Position numbers and translations under genes: made by a program. From Octopus sinensis (lineage: Eukaryota), in the NCBI RefSeq assembly GCF_006345805.1, contig NC_043000.1:161944001-162008000 (forward strand): a stretch of DNA of 64,000 nt, given 5' to 3'. The notes beneath the pieces were generated by a model. The model did no database searches, was not told the origin of the DNA, and saw only the letters and a program-made list of their open reading frames with translations. This document shows positions 28,609 through 43,811 of this stretch, piece by piece (positions within the stretch are counted from its first letter, which is position 1; each line of letters begins with the position of its first letter).

Positions 28609-30158
28609 GTGAACATGATTGCAATAATAAAATTCTTGTAGTAATTAATTTGAAACCTTGCTGTACTAAGTTTAATCAAGCTTTGCCTTTAATTTTGTTA
28701 CAGACAATAAAATACATTTCAGTAATTTACTAAAGTTGAATATGTTAACGATACACTTGCTGAAAAATTGCTGCCCTTACACACATAAAAATGAAACCAA
28801 GGAACAAAATTTAGACATAGATATTTTGATTTTTAATCATACACATGCATAAGTCCATCCCAGCCAGAGGGACAAAAGACTCTAATAGCACCCTACCTTA
28901 ATTAGCATGCATGATAGGCCAGAGGAAATGTTGCACTCCATTACATCTGACCCAGGAGCAAATACTCTCATTGACATCCCACTCACTTACTACACTTCTG
29001 GTTCATCTAAGCCATAAAAATAGGAAAAAGCATATGTTGAAATAATTAAGATAATGATGATTATATATTGATAATGATGAACATAATATATATATATATA
29101 TATATAAGAGCTTTCTTGGTAGTAAAAACATTGTTTAGTGCACTGAAATAGTAAAGGTATCTAGACAGTTTAATACATGTATCTTGTTAAATAGAACTTT
29201 AAAAACAACTTATTTTTCAGATTTTTCCCATAATTTGGAGTGAAATTCTCTGTGAGCATTCGGTATATACACACACATATACACACACACGCACGCACAC
29301 ACACACATATGAATATATTAAAAATCTATATAAATTAATAGTCATATCTAGTCAAAAATTTTATATAAGTTTTTAATATATATGTTACTTTACTAAATAC
29401 TTATTCTTCAGAATAATAGAAATAAATTGTAAGATAGCTTCTGTTTAGATAACATTAGAAAGAAATAAAATGAGATATTTTTCGTACTTAGTACCATATG
29501 TTGTCATGACTGAGTGAATAGTGTACTTGATTTGATTTCAGAATTCAGATCTCTTTGCAAATGTGTTTCATCCTTAGGCACAATTCTAGCTTAATTATGA
29601 ATCATTATTCTTCTCACAGTACTTAACTCACTTAAGACATTGCAATATGTCTTAGAGTTTGTTAGATTTTATTTTGATTATATGTTTATGTTGTAAAAAC
29701 ATCTCAATTTGAAAATCTTGCTGTTTTACATACTTATTGGATATACTCCCTTCATCATAATTGTAACTTTGGTGCTTAAGTGTAAAATGTTATAGTTAAT
29801 TTGCTATTGTTGTTATTGGTTCAAATGATGGTGCTCCAGAAATATTGATGGCATTCCTTTAATGATAAATGTTAAAAAAAAAAAGAGACAAAGGAGTATT
29901 TTGCCTGTGATATTAAATTTGTCATTGTTGATGATTTGATGTAAACCTCTCATTTGTTCCTATTGTATTTTTGACTTATCTGGTTCCATATTTTACCTTG
30001 CCATTGGTAAAAACTTTTATACCTTTTAACTGTTGCCTTATTGTGAGAAGTTAAATGAATATTTCCCTTAAAACTATTGATCAATATATTGTAGAAAATA
30101 ATTTTGCTACTGCTTAGAATATGTTAAAAACAATTTCTTATAATTTAATTTCTATATA

Positions 30159-30347
30159 CAGTACTGCCCCATTATAGCACAGTCATTGGGGGTTCATAAA
30201 ATATCATTGGGGTCATACTAAATTGGGGTTCAAGAAATTCAGGTGTTCAAGAAAATCCGGAAAGAGCAAAAAAAATGGGTCCAATGACTCATTGCATTAT
30301 ATCCGAATTTGAGCTAAACTGGGGTGCATTATAATGAGGCTGCACAG
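30159..30347. mobile_element. Degenerate TA-flanked MITE (pogo/Tigger-like)
   Basis: TA|CAGTACTGCCCCATTATAGCAC ... GTGCATTATAATGAGGCTGCACAG|TA. Imperfect TIR (14/18 matches plus GCAC), TA on both sides. Confidence 0.55.
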
Positions 30348-31705
30348 TATTTGTTTTCTTATTTATCTTCATACTTTTTGTTGCTGCTTCTTTTGTTTTC
30401 TTTTGTTTAGTGTTAACTTTAATTAGTGGATAATTATCCCTCATTTAGTAAACAACAACAGTTAGATATATAATTATAGACTTTTATCTTACAAAATTAT
30501 CAGCTTTTATAACAATATTAAACCATATTCAGCTTAGAAATGACAAATTCAAATTTAAAGTTTGAAAGATATACAACAAAGATAATATGCATACTTTCTG
30601 ATATCATCTTTGTTGTATAATAAAGAAACAATATAATATTAATCTTAAACCATTGATAAAAACATGACTTGCTTTCTTTGTTCATTTTTACATCCATTTT
30701 TTCCATGTTAGCATGTGTTAGATGAATATATTATTGAGGCATTGTCTTCAACCAAATGCCCTTTCTGTCACTAACCCTCACTTGCTTTTCAAGTTATACC
30801 CCCATCTCATCTAAGCCATACTCACATGGAAAAATAGACATTGCTTTCTTATAATCCTAAATATTTTCTCAATATTTTGAAAGTGTTTTGTTTTGTAATA
30901 ATTCACATATTTATCATGATAACTAATTTAAGATTATATAAATGAACCATGAAATCAATCTTTCTTATTCCAAAGAAATATTTCCCAAATTTCTCTACTG
31001 ATAAAGAAAAAATTCCTTTGGTATTTGACTGAAAATTATTGGTCTGATATTTGGAATATATTCACATTGATAAACACATCTTGTGTGGCAAATACGAGGT
31101 GCTTAACTATTAACATCTTACAATATTTACTTTGAAATAAGTAACTCTTGAATTTTCCTTTATCATGGTGTTTATACACAATTTAATCTGAAAGAGAATG
31201 GTTTTAAAGTTATAAATCTGATGAGAATCCTCAATATTCTTACTGAAGTCCAAACATTAGCAACAATTAAAAAACAAAAAATATTTTAGCAAGAGCTAAA
31301 TCCTAATCACTGAATTTATATCAATATGACAAAAATATTAAAAGAAGGAAAATACAACTATCAGGGTTAAATGAAAGTGGTAAATTTACTATTCTACGAC
31401 CAAGTAAAATTGGTTTCTCTTCATTATTTCTGTTGTGTGTGAAGCTTTGCATCTAAAACATTTACCTGTCTAAAAAGAGTAGCTATTCTTCTTACTTGAG
31501 CAATTTTCAATCTGTTCTAAATTAATCTTTTTAAGAATTAAACTAAATCTAACATTTCTTATAATAATGATAGTAAAGCATAGTAAAGCTTAAGTTTAGA
31601 AATAGGTTTCTTGCAAGTTATTAATTTTCAAGAAAGAAATTTTATAAAATTTTACAAGATATTTTGTTGCTAAAATATTTCTCAATAGATACTGATTCCT
31701 TACAG

Positions 31706-31792
31706 GTACAAAGCTTCAAGCTGGTAGAAGGAAAATATGATGCCATACTTTTCAAGAACCCTAAGAAAAAATTAATTCTTTCTGACTTGTAA
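31706..31792 (+). CDS. Candidate terminal coding exon, VQSFKLVEGKYDAILFKNPKKKLILSDL*
   Basis: TTCCTTACAG acceptor, phase 0, open to TAA at 31790-31792. Confidence 0.3.
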   Translation, partial: VQSFKLVEGKYDAILFKNPKKKLILSDL

Positions 31793-34505
31793 AGATCCAT
31801 TTGTGGTATTCAATTCCAATTTGGTTTTATCCAAGGGTTGGATAATACAACCACTCCTGGTTAGGATGCCAGTCAATCGCAGATAGCCTTTCCTACTGGA
31901 GAAATTGAAGACAGAAAATTCAGAACTGCTACCCAACACAATACTTAATAATTTCACAGTACTGCTGCTTACAGTAGTGAACGATACTACCAACTTGGTA
32001 TCTATGATGCTTACTTTGATATAAGTTGACTGAGCTTTTCAGAGTTAAGAGTGTTTATTGTGAACAAGATACAGTATTAATATAGAATATGATTTCGGGT
32101 ATTGTCTAACATTACTGACTCGGCCATCATGATTCCCACGGAACAACAGATAGATAACAATATTAATTAACTGATATCAATTTTAACAATTATAATAGTG
32201 CACACAAGCAATGTAGTCTTGGCCATCAGTTCTACTATTGCGAAATTCTTTTAACTTGACCAGTAAGATAAAGTGGAAGTCTAGAGAGAACCTTTACCCT
32301 ATATATCAAAGTTATATTATTGTGTAAGTCAAAGTGATTTCAAACATATCAGATTGAAATTTAAGAAATATACTCCATGTGTAATCTCTTTAAAAACTTG
32401 ATGTTTTTGATATGGGAACTTTTGTGTAATATTGTTGTTCGCATGTGTGCTGTCTATTCCAAGACCAGTTTTCTATCTGTGATAAAATTGTAAGCCTGAT
32501 GACACATAACTGTATTTCAATATGTATAGCTTTTTACAGTTAAATATTTTCTCTCGGACATTTTCACATTTTTGCCTCTCTTTCAGTTTTAAGTTGGTAG
32601 CATTTCAAATTGTTAGGTTATTCTTTTTTTTTTAAATTAAAGCAATATAGTTATCTATACTTATAATCAACATGTAAGGTTTTTTTTGTAATATTTTTCT
32701 TTAAAAAAAAACAACAAAGAAAACTTATAAACATTTATTTAACTTAATTTTTAAAATTTCATTTGCATATTATGCCAATTATTTTTCTTTGTGTTACATA
32801 ATTCCTTGTTTGAAGCACTAGAGAAAAAAGTTCCAAAACTGTTTATTTTTATTTTTATCAAGTTTAATAATGTGGACAATCAAAGGCTGCTGGTCAAAAC
32901 AAAAGAAAAGGAAAAACAATATTTTTGCTGTATCTGTGATTTTTGTGTTGGATTAGCTCCAAATGTTGATTGGAGTACAATTATTTTGGCAAAATATTTT
33001 GTACATGCAATAGCCACTTCTGGAAATAAGTTATAACTTATATCAAAATTGACATTATCTTCAAGTGGAAAATTAAATATCTACTATTTTAGACATTTAA
33101 GAAGCCGTGCTTTTTTTATTATTATTATTATTATTATCCAACTTCAATTAATTCAGAAAATATTCAATTATGCTGATTTATGAAAAATATTTCAAAACTC
33201 AGTGTTAAAACAATGGAAAGAGCAATTTAAAATCAAATACTTTACTTTTTTACAAAACAATTTCAAAGAAAAAGGTTTAGAATTTTCTTCATCCTTTAAT
33301 CTTTGATTACTACATTTCATTCAGTTATAGAAAAGTAATTTATAAGTGTGTAGTTGGAATGTCACATACAGCGAATTTAATTGATGATTCTTGATTATCA
33401 TTTTTTTTTGCAATTTGTTTATTAGCTTTATTTTTAGAATATAACTCTTATTGATATTCACTGCTCTTTCTAATGACATTTTGAAGTAAAATAAAAAATG
33501 TAAGTGAAGCTCAACCATGAATTAAACAGGTTTCTTATGCCTGCTATAAACAATGGAAGTTTTACATTTGTTTCTTTTTTTTTTCTTTTTCAATTTTTTA
33601 TATATTAGTTGGTATATAACTTGACTTCAATTTTTTTTTTCAAAAGTAAAACAAGAATATGAAATATTTTATTCATTAAATATGGTTACCATTATTCCAT
33701 CCAACTTAAAACAATAGATCATTTGCATAGATAGAAATGAACAGGATTTGTTCTCCAGAATAATTAACCATTAAGTGTTGTTATTAACATTTACTACATT
33801 GGTTCTATGTTGACTTTATGATATAAATCATACATCGAATTCTATCTTCTGGAGAATATTTATATACAGACTTGTCCAAGCGGATCCGGCCTCTTTTGAA
33901 ACACTGAATGATGAAAACGTTTTTTTTTTAAAATGACTTTCAAATATTTTTAAAGTATATACAATGTTTTATTATTGATGATCTTCAACTTCCTATGAAA
34001 TTTATTTCTCAATATATCATTTTAGTACTTTTGCTGTGTATTCCATGTGATTCGAAATTCATTTTATTGGGTTTTAACTGCATTGTTAAACTGGACATAG
34101 AACGCTCTAGGATCCCAGATTCTAAGAGTAATATAGATAAGTATTAATGAATTCTTATTTCTTCCCAAATGGTTATACTTTCTGTAATTCTATTTGTGTT
34201 TTTTCTCCTAAATGTTTGGCAAAATTGTGTATTTCATTACATTTGTAATTTCTCTGTGAATATTATGGTGCTACTTATCAATTCAGCAATCTTACTTGTT
34301 GTGTAAATAAATTTGATTAATAACAGACAAGATATTTTGCTCCCTGCATAAGCTTTTGTTAAGGATGTCAATCGATTATTTTTTACTATTAAATTGAGAA
34401 TGATATTTTAATATCAATGTTTTATCAGTTTTTTTTTTTGGATCTCATGACTGTTTTCTAACTTCCTGTAGTAATTTTGAAATTGCCACACTAATTAATT
34501 TCAGA

Positions 34506-34511
<6 letters not shown>

Positions 34512-34540
<29 letters not shown>

Positions 34541-34565
34541 ATTATTATTATTATTATTATTATTA
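34512..34565. repeat. (ATT)n microsatellite
   Basis: Direct inspection. Confidence 0.95.
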
Positions 34566-37500
34566 TTTAGATATTAACAACTATAATGATCAAATTCTTG
34601 CTTAAACTTTTGGCTTGATTTAAAAAAGAACAATAGAAATATATCAGACATATAATATGAGTAAATATATATTTCTAAGTAGAAATCTTCTTGAATTTTT
34701 CTTCTTTTCCTTTTATAATATGTAAAAATTGAACCATTTCCAAATTTCTTGCCAAATTTGATACATTTTGTGGTGCGAGATGTCTGAAATAAACCAACTG
34801 GAATCAATAAAAAAAAGCAAAATGACATCTATTAACAAAGTGTAAAAAATATTAAATTATAAAATCACATCGGCTAATTATGTAATTATTAATGAAATGC
34901 TGTCAGCTATTAGCTTCTATATTGCCATTCTATATCTCATATACTCATATATACACATACTCACACAGATACTGTATATAAATATATATATGTGTGTGTG
35001 TATGTGTGTATACATACATTCATACAGTACACCATACACATAAACACACACATAAACATACATACATGCATACAGCACACCACACACATACATAAATACA
35101 AACATACATACACACATACATATCAGAAATAGCAAGACCAGAGCAAATCATGGCTGAAGCCATTTTGTGGCATTTGGGGGCCAATTAAAATGCCAACCCT
35201 TTCCTAATCTACATAGTACTCTGCAATGTGGGAAAGGTCTTGGCAAGAGCAGATGTTTGACTCCCCAATGTTATCAATCTCTCTATATAAATACATATGT
35301 AACTCCTCAAAAATACAACCATGGAGAATAAAGTTTCCAAATTTGCTAAAATGATTTGGAAATTATTAATCATAAATGTACAAATAACTCCATAATAGTC
35401 TGTATAATTAAGCAACTAAGACTGAGTTGAGATGTTTTGCATTTGTATGTGAAATATTCTATAGATTTAAGATGAGGATTCACAGATATGAGCATAATAG
35501 GAAAATAATGTGTTCGATTCTGACGTATCAAAAATATAGCTAAAGAGAATAAATATCTAGTTCTATTTATAATGAAACTATAATGCTGGATATTGAGGCA
35601 GCTATATATCTAAGACTATATATTATCGTTTTTGTTTAAACACTATATTAAAATATTCTAACATGAGATAAAAAATTTCAGAAGTCTGCTTTTGTACTTC
35701 AAAATTTTAAAGAATTCATTCTTTTAGTTAAACACTTAAATGTGTAGAAAATATTAAAATTTTGGAGTGTTATGAGTTGAGAAGTCAATATCTCTATATA
35801 CTAGTATTTTTGTAAGTTTTTCTCTTCAAGGTTTTACTTAAAATATGCAACAAAAATAAAAATAAAACATAACAAAAATATATATTAAAAATAGTCAGGT
35901 TCAAGGTAACTGAAGTTTTGATATGAATTCAAAATAAGTACATGTTGTCATTCATTATCTGTTTAAATTTAATCATGTACCTAATAACTGACATTGCCAA
36001 TATAAAATACCAGACTAGTACAGCCATCAATATGAAGATAACTTCTAGTGAAGATAAAGTAGTGTAAGTTTTTGATAGGGAAGAATGTACTGAAATAGTT
36101 TGCTGTTGTTTTCTTCATGCCTTCAAAAGGACTTAAAGCTCATTACTGCAAGGTATTAAAGATAATTTATTATTTAGTGCTTTTACTATTTTTCTTAAAT
36201 AAGCTCTACCAACTTAGTAATTATACTCTGGTGGATTAACCCAGTATGAGTTAATTGTCTCTTCTATAAATGAAGCTCAGCTCAGTTGCTATTATACAAG
36301 CCCATCAATCGTCTGTGAACTAAAATAAGATATGCATGCAATTCACAAGCATTTCTAAATAATACTAAGATTTAAGTGCAGTATACAGTACTAAAGAATC
36401 TTTGGATGAAATTCTTCATATCTGTTCTTTATGGGCAATATTCATTACCAAACAGTAACAAGTGTCATGGGAGTAAAGTGTGCACATCTGGAATATCAAG
36501 AGAGGAACCAACCTTTGATTTTCAGCTGAAACACTTTCAGTTTAATGATGTTTTGTATGCCCTTAGTAAAACCTTGAACATCATAAATTCATATTTCCAA
36601 TCCCTGAAATATATGACCATTTTGCTCTGATCAAAACAAATATTCATTTCCAGATTTATCCTTCTTTATATTATCAAACATTTTTGCCATGTTTTCTTTT
36701 TTTTAAACGTTTATATTTCCTTTGTTAGCTTTAAATGCTGGTCAATAATTTAGATTTTATTTTTCAAAACTTACATAGATTATGATATAATAATAAACAC
36801 CACTACACTTAGTATGATTTATTATAAGCTTTCTTCTCTTTGCAATGATAACAGCAAGTTATTTCTAAATATATCTGTATAACTTTTTTCCTTTAAAACA
36901 AAGCTATGATTTTTTAAAGATTTGATTTTCTTCTATTTAACTTTATTTTGTTTATTGACTTCAATTTCTCTTCAATTCCCTATTATTGTTTTCATTTCTT
37001 TATTTGAATATTGGATGAAAGACTATTATTTCATTTCATTTGTACATTTTATTTTGTTCAAGAATTTTTCATATATTCTTTACTTTTTTATTTTTATTGT
37101 TATTTATTTGTTTATTTGTTCGTTTATTTATTTTTAAAATCAAAACTAAACTTTGTTTAAAGAGCAAGAAGAATATCCAAAAATAAAGTAAAGTTATGAA
37201 TAAATATTTTTCTTTATAGTGGGGTGGTGTAATTATTGATATTCACAGAAATAATAGTTATGATTTTTTAATGACTTCTATATAAATTGATATTTCTACA
37301 GTTCTTATCATCAATATTTCTTGAAAAACAAGCGAGTTAGAGAAAATACGTCATATCTGAGTTTAAATCTACTGGGATTAACCTTAGCTTACATCACTCT
37401 GGGCTTGATAAAATAAGAACTCGCATGATGATTTAATCATCTGCCACTCACCTCCTACTAAAATTATTTCGTATATAAATGAAAAATTAATTCTTCTTGC

Positions 37501-38272
37501 AGAAAAGATTATGTATAAATTCCATTTGAAGAAAATCAATTACTTTCTTTTGAATTCTTTATTAGTATAGAATTTTATAATCAGACTTACAATCTAAGTA
37601 TGTTTATATGAATAACCACAGAAATACTAAATTTGATCAGCATTTTTAGTTCATAATGTGAAAAATAAACTTTCACTCAAATTCAAAAGGAAACACTGGT
37701 TTGATGCTCATTTCATTGAATTGACAAACACACAAGATTTTCATCATTTCAGCAATCAAGGATTCTGAACAAGTTTTCTTGACAAGAAGTAAATGGTCTA
37801 AACACAGCCCTATTCATCAGCCGAATTTTCATGAATTTGATCAGTTCTCTATAAACTATCCACTCCTCTGTAAATAATATTGGAATTGTTCTTATTTCTT
37901 GCCTCTTTGAATCCCTTCACCTTCATTATTAGCTCATTCTTCAAACGAAAATAAATTCAAAAGTTTTCTATTAGTAAAAGTAGATTAAATTTTGACACTG
38001 ATTTTATGAAAATAGTTTTTCATTTCTTTGGTGTATGTATTAAATCATTAGTCATTATACACTTTTTTGTTTTTTCAAATTTGAGTTCTTCATTTGATAA
38101 GTTCCTTTCCTGTATCAAGTTGTATAAACTATCTTTATATTAACCATTTTACAAAATTTAGAGTTTTATTAAATTATTCAACTTAAACATATAAACTATT
38201 GTAGAGAACATTTTATCAGTCGCTCCTGATATTAAAAGATATAAATTCTTTCAACAAATTTATTGCGGAGTG

Positions 38273-38498
38273 CAATGTTCCCTCTAATCTTTTGCTGTGG
38301 TTGTGTGCAGAATTTTGCAAATTTGCAAATTTTGTGTTTCCTTGCAAAGTGTACATCTATATGAGTAACCATTGCTCAAATTTCTTCAGTTAAAAAAATT
38401 TTATTTCATCTTGAAAATCATGCGTGCACACATTTTTTCTCTCCTATTTGTAAAACATCTGTGCACAGGCACAAGCACACAGCTTAGAGGAAACACTG
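38273..38498. mobile_element. hAT-like MITE, 226 bp
   Basis: TIRs CAATGTTCCCTCTAA / TTAGAGGAAACACTG (13/15). 8-bp flanks GCGGAGTG vs GTGGAATG (6/8, both transitions) fit an aged 8-bp TSD. Confidence 0.7.
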
Positions 38499-41208
38499 GT
38501 GGAATGACATAGTTTCTATTCTTGCCTTGATCATCAAATTATGTACTGCTTCTCATTGCTTTAGGTTGAATTAATTAAGCCCAAATGTCAAGTATTTTCA
38601 ACTATCATATAGGCTTTCAGAAAATAAATGAAGAACTTAGAATTTTTTTCCTGTTTTACAATCCCCCACCCGCACTTAATCTTTCTAGGATTTAAGGAAA
38701 CATTTTCTAAATATTATAATTATAACCGTTCTGTTTGAGTCTTTTAAACAGTCATTTTTATTTTTTAAGGAATGCTTTCTATAAAGACGAGCCAATGTGA
38801 TATTCTGACAACTGTCAACAAAACTTTCAAAATGGCATAGTAAAGAAAATGAAAACAGCCTTATTGATGAAAATACAATCATGAGAGTAAATAGTTACAT
38901 CATAGAAAATCTTTTACTAGATATCTATTCATTCACATGATGGCATAGATGAAGTAAATCTACTTATAGTCATTCCCTAACCAGGAACTTCTCAAATGGT
39001 GCTAACAAAATCTTTTAGAGTGAATTAAACAATAGATATTCACTAAGTACAGAAATCATTCTCCTCACAATGAAATGCATTACATATTTTTATTAATATC
39101 ATTTCTGGAAGGGATTAATTGTTTGATAAAATTTATGGCACTTATTTTTTGGATGTTCAGTTTTTTCTTTGTTTTTTGTTTTTAATTTCTTTTTAGCAAT
39201 AGTTTATAAACATCATATAACTAAGAATATATGACTGGTACAAGGGCAAATCTTCAGCATACAAAAATATTTTTTACATTTGCCATTTATTAAAGCTGCA
39301 TGCACATATAAAATTTTCATTGAAATTGAATGTTAATTTCCCAAACTCTGATGTTTATATTTCCTCAATCAAGTCATTAGTTCAGGTAAGTTGAGTTTTT
39401 GGTCTTAAAACTGCACTAATCCTAATTTAGAGTATATTTCACCATTTCAGATCTCAATTTGAGTAATGTTGAAGAATTTAATATTAATTACTTTGCCCTA
39501 TGTCTCAATTATGTTTAAGGATCTTGTTCAGTATGAAATAATAAATTCTGGAAAAACAAATTAATATTTGCGTGTAACAAACTTTGTAATTAATAAAAAC
39601 GAATTCTTAAAACATTTTTCTCTATCATTTTTCTGAGACCATGGAGGCTTTTGTTATCATGAATAGTATCTTTTCTAAAGTTTGTAATTATGTAATTACT
39701 GTAAAATTAATATGCTTCTTAAATATTGTATTGGATGAAGAAGGCAAATATAATAATTTTTTTTTAAATTATGATTTTATTGCTGGTATTTTCTCTTAGC
39801 TTTTTAACTTTGCCTAAATCTTTTTATTGTCTTTTTCTCTTGGTTGTAGATTTTTTTTAATGCAAATAAATATATGGTCTGCTTCCAGCCAATTCAGTCC
39901 CATTTATCCCGGTGAATAGCTTTTGCTAGGTGCCAAAATCATATGACATAACTCAAATATTTTCATTAGAGATATTCTTAAATTTTCTTTGAGCAAACTC
40001 TTATTTATCTAATAAATTTACTTCTTATGCATTCACAATCAAAAATAGGTGGAAAAGCATTTTCATGTAGGACACGATAATTAAAAATGACATTTGCTTT
40101 GTACCAATTTAATTAAAGTATAGGTTTGAATGCTTTTTTTTTAAAGTTTTGCATTCAAACTAGCATGTCTCTGTCTGTGTGTATGTTTTTTATGTGCATG
40201 AATCTGTGCCTGTTTATCTGTGTGTCTAAGTTTACTTATCATGTTATCTATGTTGAAATATTTTGTATAACAGCTTCTACTCTTCCCTACTTCCAGTTTA
40301 CTATTTCAAATCTCTAATATTAGTTTGTCAGGTTTCTCTTTGTGTCAGATCTAATTTTTCTCTCTCCTCAAACTACTTTTTACTTTCTGTCCTTTTTTAA
40401 CTTATTATCTCTTCCATCTACTTGATATTATGTATACAGTGACAATATGGAAACTGTCAATCTATATATTTGATATTATTTACATCACCACCAATGAGTT
40501 AATGTCACTTTATGTATACTGAGGTGAGTGGGACGATAATTACAGTAAACAGACAACTTAATCAATAGTTAATGAATGACAACTTAATCAATAGTTACAA
40601 AATATCAAATTCACATACATAAGAGCACTTTTAGATATAGCTGAAATATTTTTTTAAGTCAGGTTACATAATACACTTTAGGATTTATTAGATTGTTGGA
40701 GTAGATACTCACACTGGTATGCGCATGCTTTATCAAGCACACATTTCATAAATTCTTTTATTCCTTTTTTAAACAGCTATGAATAGTAAAATGACATTTT
40801 ATTTTATGTAAAGATATATGGTTAGTCACAAATTAAAACATATTCTATCACAGTTATTTCCCCTCATTAGAGCCTTGAAATGTATAGAATTCCAAAATAT
40901 ATCATGGCTTGTGAGTCATCTATTGTTTATTCATTGCACTTTGAAAATGGAAATATATTCCTAAATATGTAAACATTTCATCAATATGCAAGTTAATCAA
41001 TTTAGATGTGCAATTATTAAGAAATAATTTTAGGCCTATTTTACTTATTTTTTACAAATTCCTTGTCAATTTTATTAGTTGTTGATGAATACACCTTTCG
41101 ATCTTACCTTATCAAACTTGTGACCAGAAATAATTGCTGAAATTTTAATTAATGATTCAGCAATGCAGATAGAAGTTATATGGCTACCAGTGCCAGCATT
41201 CTCTTCAG

Positions 41209-41282
41209 ATACAGCAGTTGTCCAAGAATTTTAAGGGTGTGAAAATATTAAGAGGAGTTTATGCCAATAAATTGAGCTTCAA
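41209..41282 (+). CDS. Candidate exon (phase 0-2), IQQLSKNFKGVKILRGVYANKLSF
   Basis: CATTCTCTTCAG acceptor and AA|GTAAGT consensus donor; single open frame. Confidence 0.35.
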
Positions 41283-41396
41283 GTAAGTCACATGTGACCT
41301 GTTAGAAACAGTAGTCCAAAACTCTCTCAGACCACAACATACCATTTCAGAAAAGGTCATATTTAATGGTATGGTTCTGGGTTTCCCTGTTTACAG

Positions 41397-41496
41397 GAAA
41401 AAGATAAGGTGGAACTTTTGGTCAAAACCTTTGATCTCAGGCCTGGTCTGTTAGGGTTTACTGTAATTACCAAAGTAGTGATGAGAGAATCATTTG
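41397..41496 (+). CDS. Candidate exon, EKDKVELLVKTFDLRPGLLGFTVITKVVMRESF
   Basis: TTTCCCTGTTTACAG acceptor and TTG|GTAGGT donor. Open in phase 0, but not phase-compatible with 41209-41282. Confidence 0.25.
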
Positions 41497-43706
41497 GTAG
41501 GTATTCAATAATAAACACCAATAAGTGTAGAAAGTCACAATATTTTTGAAATAATAAATTATGTAGAAATGTAGAAGCTATCCATATAAAAAGACTAGAA
41601 CTAATTTTGTAGTAACATATCTAATGCAAGGAACATAACAAAATGTAACTGGAAGTAATCTGCATTGATGAGAAAAGAAAAAAATTATCAGTTAATATGA
41701 TTTTGATTGCTTGCCAAACAAGTATGGAACATAACTCAGGACAAGTTTTGACCCTCAAGAAAGCTTAGCCGTGACTGTACAATGTACACATATATTGGTT
41801 GCTAATATTCTCTGCTTTACTATTTCTTTCCCTCTCTTATTCTTTTCATTCTATAATTTTAGCTATAAAACTATCCTTCAAATTATATTTATTAATATTC
41901 AGTTACTTAGATTCAGACGAGAAGTCAGACAAGCATAAAAAAATATAACTTGTATAATACTGCTTCTGAAGATACTGATGATTATGGGGGTGTTGCTGGA
42001 AATGCTTCTAATTGTGTTTATCATGATGAGGTGATATTGATTAATATATTAGAAATTTACTGCTTTTTTTATTTTTAACAGAATACTTCCAATTGTAAAA
42101 TATATGTTTTGTAATTTCTAAAAACAAAAGAGCAAAACAATGAATTATTCACACATTTGTCAGAATCATTTGGCTTCCTTCATTGATTTTGTAGAGCAGT
42201 CATAATGGTAGAGCAGATTAAATACAGGCCCATCATCTGAATAAATGTGCATTATATGCAGGAAAGATTCTCAATAGAAAATTTATAATTTATAAGTCAA
42301 TCCATCAAGAAGTTGTAGGTATACAGCTAGCATTTATATTTTTAAAATATAATTCCGTAATCCCCTCCATTAAATTGATTTCACATACAATTCAGGAAAA
42401 CAAATATACTTGACATTTAGTATGGTTAAGGGATATTTTAGTTATATAATCAATTGACTAACAAAAACAAGCCAAAATTAACAAATTCAAGCCTAAAGAA
42501 GTGCATCTAACATGGATTTCATGCAAATCAAGATGTCACAGTTTGTATCATTATATTCTTCTATACTGACTTTATGGCTAGCTCAGCTCTCTCACCAGCG
42601 AGAATGAGCTCACAAGACACCTATGCCATTCATCATACATCAACTATCCCAATCAGTCTTTTTATCTGTAATTGCTTTTGCAGTCTGTTATATATTGGTG
42701 TGAATTCCAATCCAATTCCAAAGCTAATATTATACTTAAATTGACAACATATCTCCTACTTGAGCAGTAAAATCAACTTTCCTAGAAAAGAAGTCAATCA
42801 AAATCCCAAACTGATTGAACTGAAACTAGAACTATAGTGTTGGTCATATGATAAAATCATCAATCCAAACTAATCCAAATAATATCTGAATAAAGAAATA
42901 TTCCTGAGATTTTGAAAAATTAAGAAACTGTTCTACCAAGATAACATTAATCTACTTTCGTAACAGTGAAAATATTCTGTGCTGAAGGAAATTCTAGTTT
43001 GTGACTGTTTTGAAGTTACTTTTACAAGCAGGATTACAAACTATACTTGAGAGAATTATTAATTCGAGAAAGTTAGCCATTAATTGCATATCATTAGATC
43101 TGTTTAAGTTTATATGTGGGCTTGTATGTGTGTTAAATACAGGAATATATATGTATAGGGTATAGGCATGGCCTTGTTATTAATTCCAAGTTTGCTTTGC
43201 AATCAGGATATTCTTGGCTCATTCCTTCTGTATGACAACTTGGGCATGTATCTACTATCAGAATTTTGGGTTAATCCAAGTGTGAGTAAAATTGAGTTGG
43301 CTGAAATTGTGTAGAAACCTATTTGATGAACTGTACTTATTAGTCAAAGGATAAGCTTTAGCATATACATTTATATTCATTTTGCTTGAGGATCACATCA
43401 GGAACACAAGTGTTTATAAAATACACAGCCATTTACATAAGTCAATGAATTGGAAGTTCAGATAATCAAATAATGAGAAAAAGTCATTGAAACTGACAAA
43501 AGATCTACACACTTTATTTGCATTTATACATAGAAAGAAACTCTTGTGCAAAATATGTACAAATGAAAAGAGAGATAATCTCAAGAACCAAGTTCTGAAA
43601 TGTCACACCACACATATATTGTTGTTACTATGGTAATGGGATTCATGTAATCAGTCTTGAAGTGTCACCTCAGGCCATTCTGGCAGTCATCAATTGCTAC
43701 TGTTAC

Positions 43707-43811
43707 CTGTCTCCTTCACTGTTTTGTAACTTGTCCAGTTCTTGACGTCAACAGACCTGAAGTCTTTTCTCTTCTTGCAAATCCCTTTCATTTGTGCCCT
43801 TGAGAATATTT
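43707..43811 (-). CDS. Candidate 105-bp symmetric exon (phase 1-1), IFSRAQMKGICKKRKDFRSVDVKNWTSYKTVKET
   Basis: Minus strand CTCTTATTCAG acceptor and CAG|GTAACA donor; one open frame. Confidence 0.35.

Noticed and set aside
32791-33036. 81-aa ORF and similar 60-90-aa ORFs at 25.6-26.5, 33.3, 36.4, 36.9, 38.7, 40.1 and 44.8 kb
   Set aside because: F/I/L/Y/K-biased, as expected for random AT-rich DNA, and not bounded by convincing splice sites in the ORF frame.
40440-40523. Exon candidate upstream of a strong GAG|GTGAGT donor
   Set aside because: From the best acceptor, every frame hits a stop.
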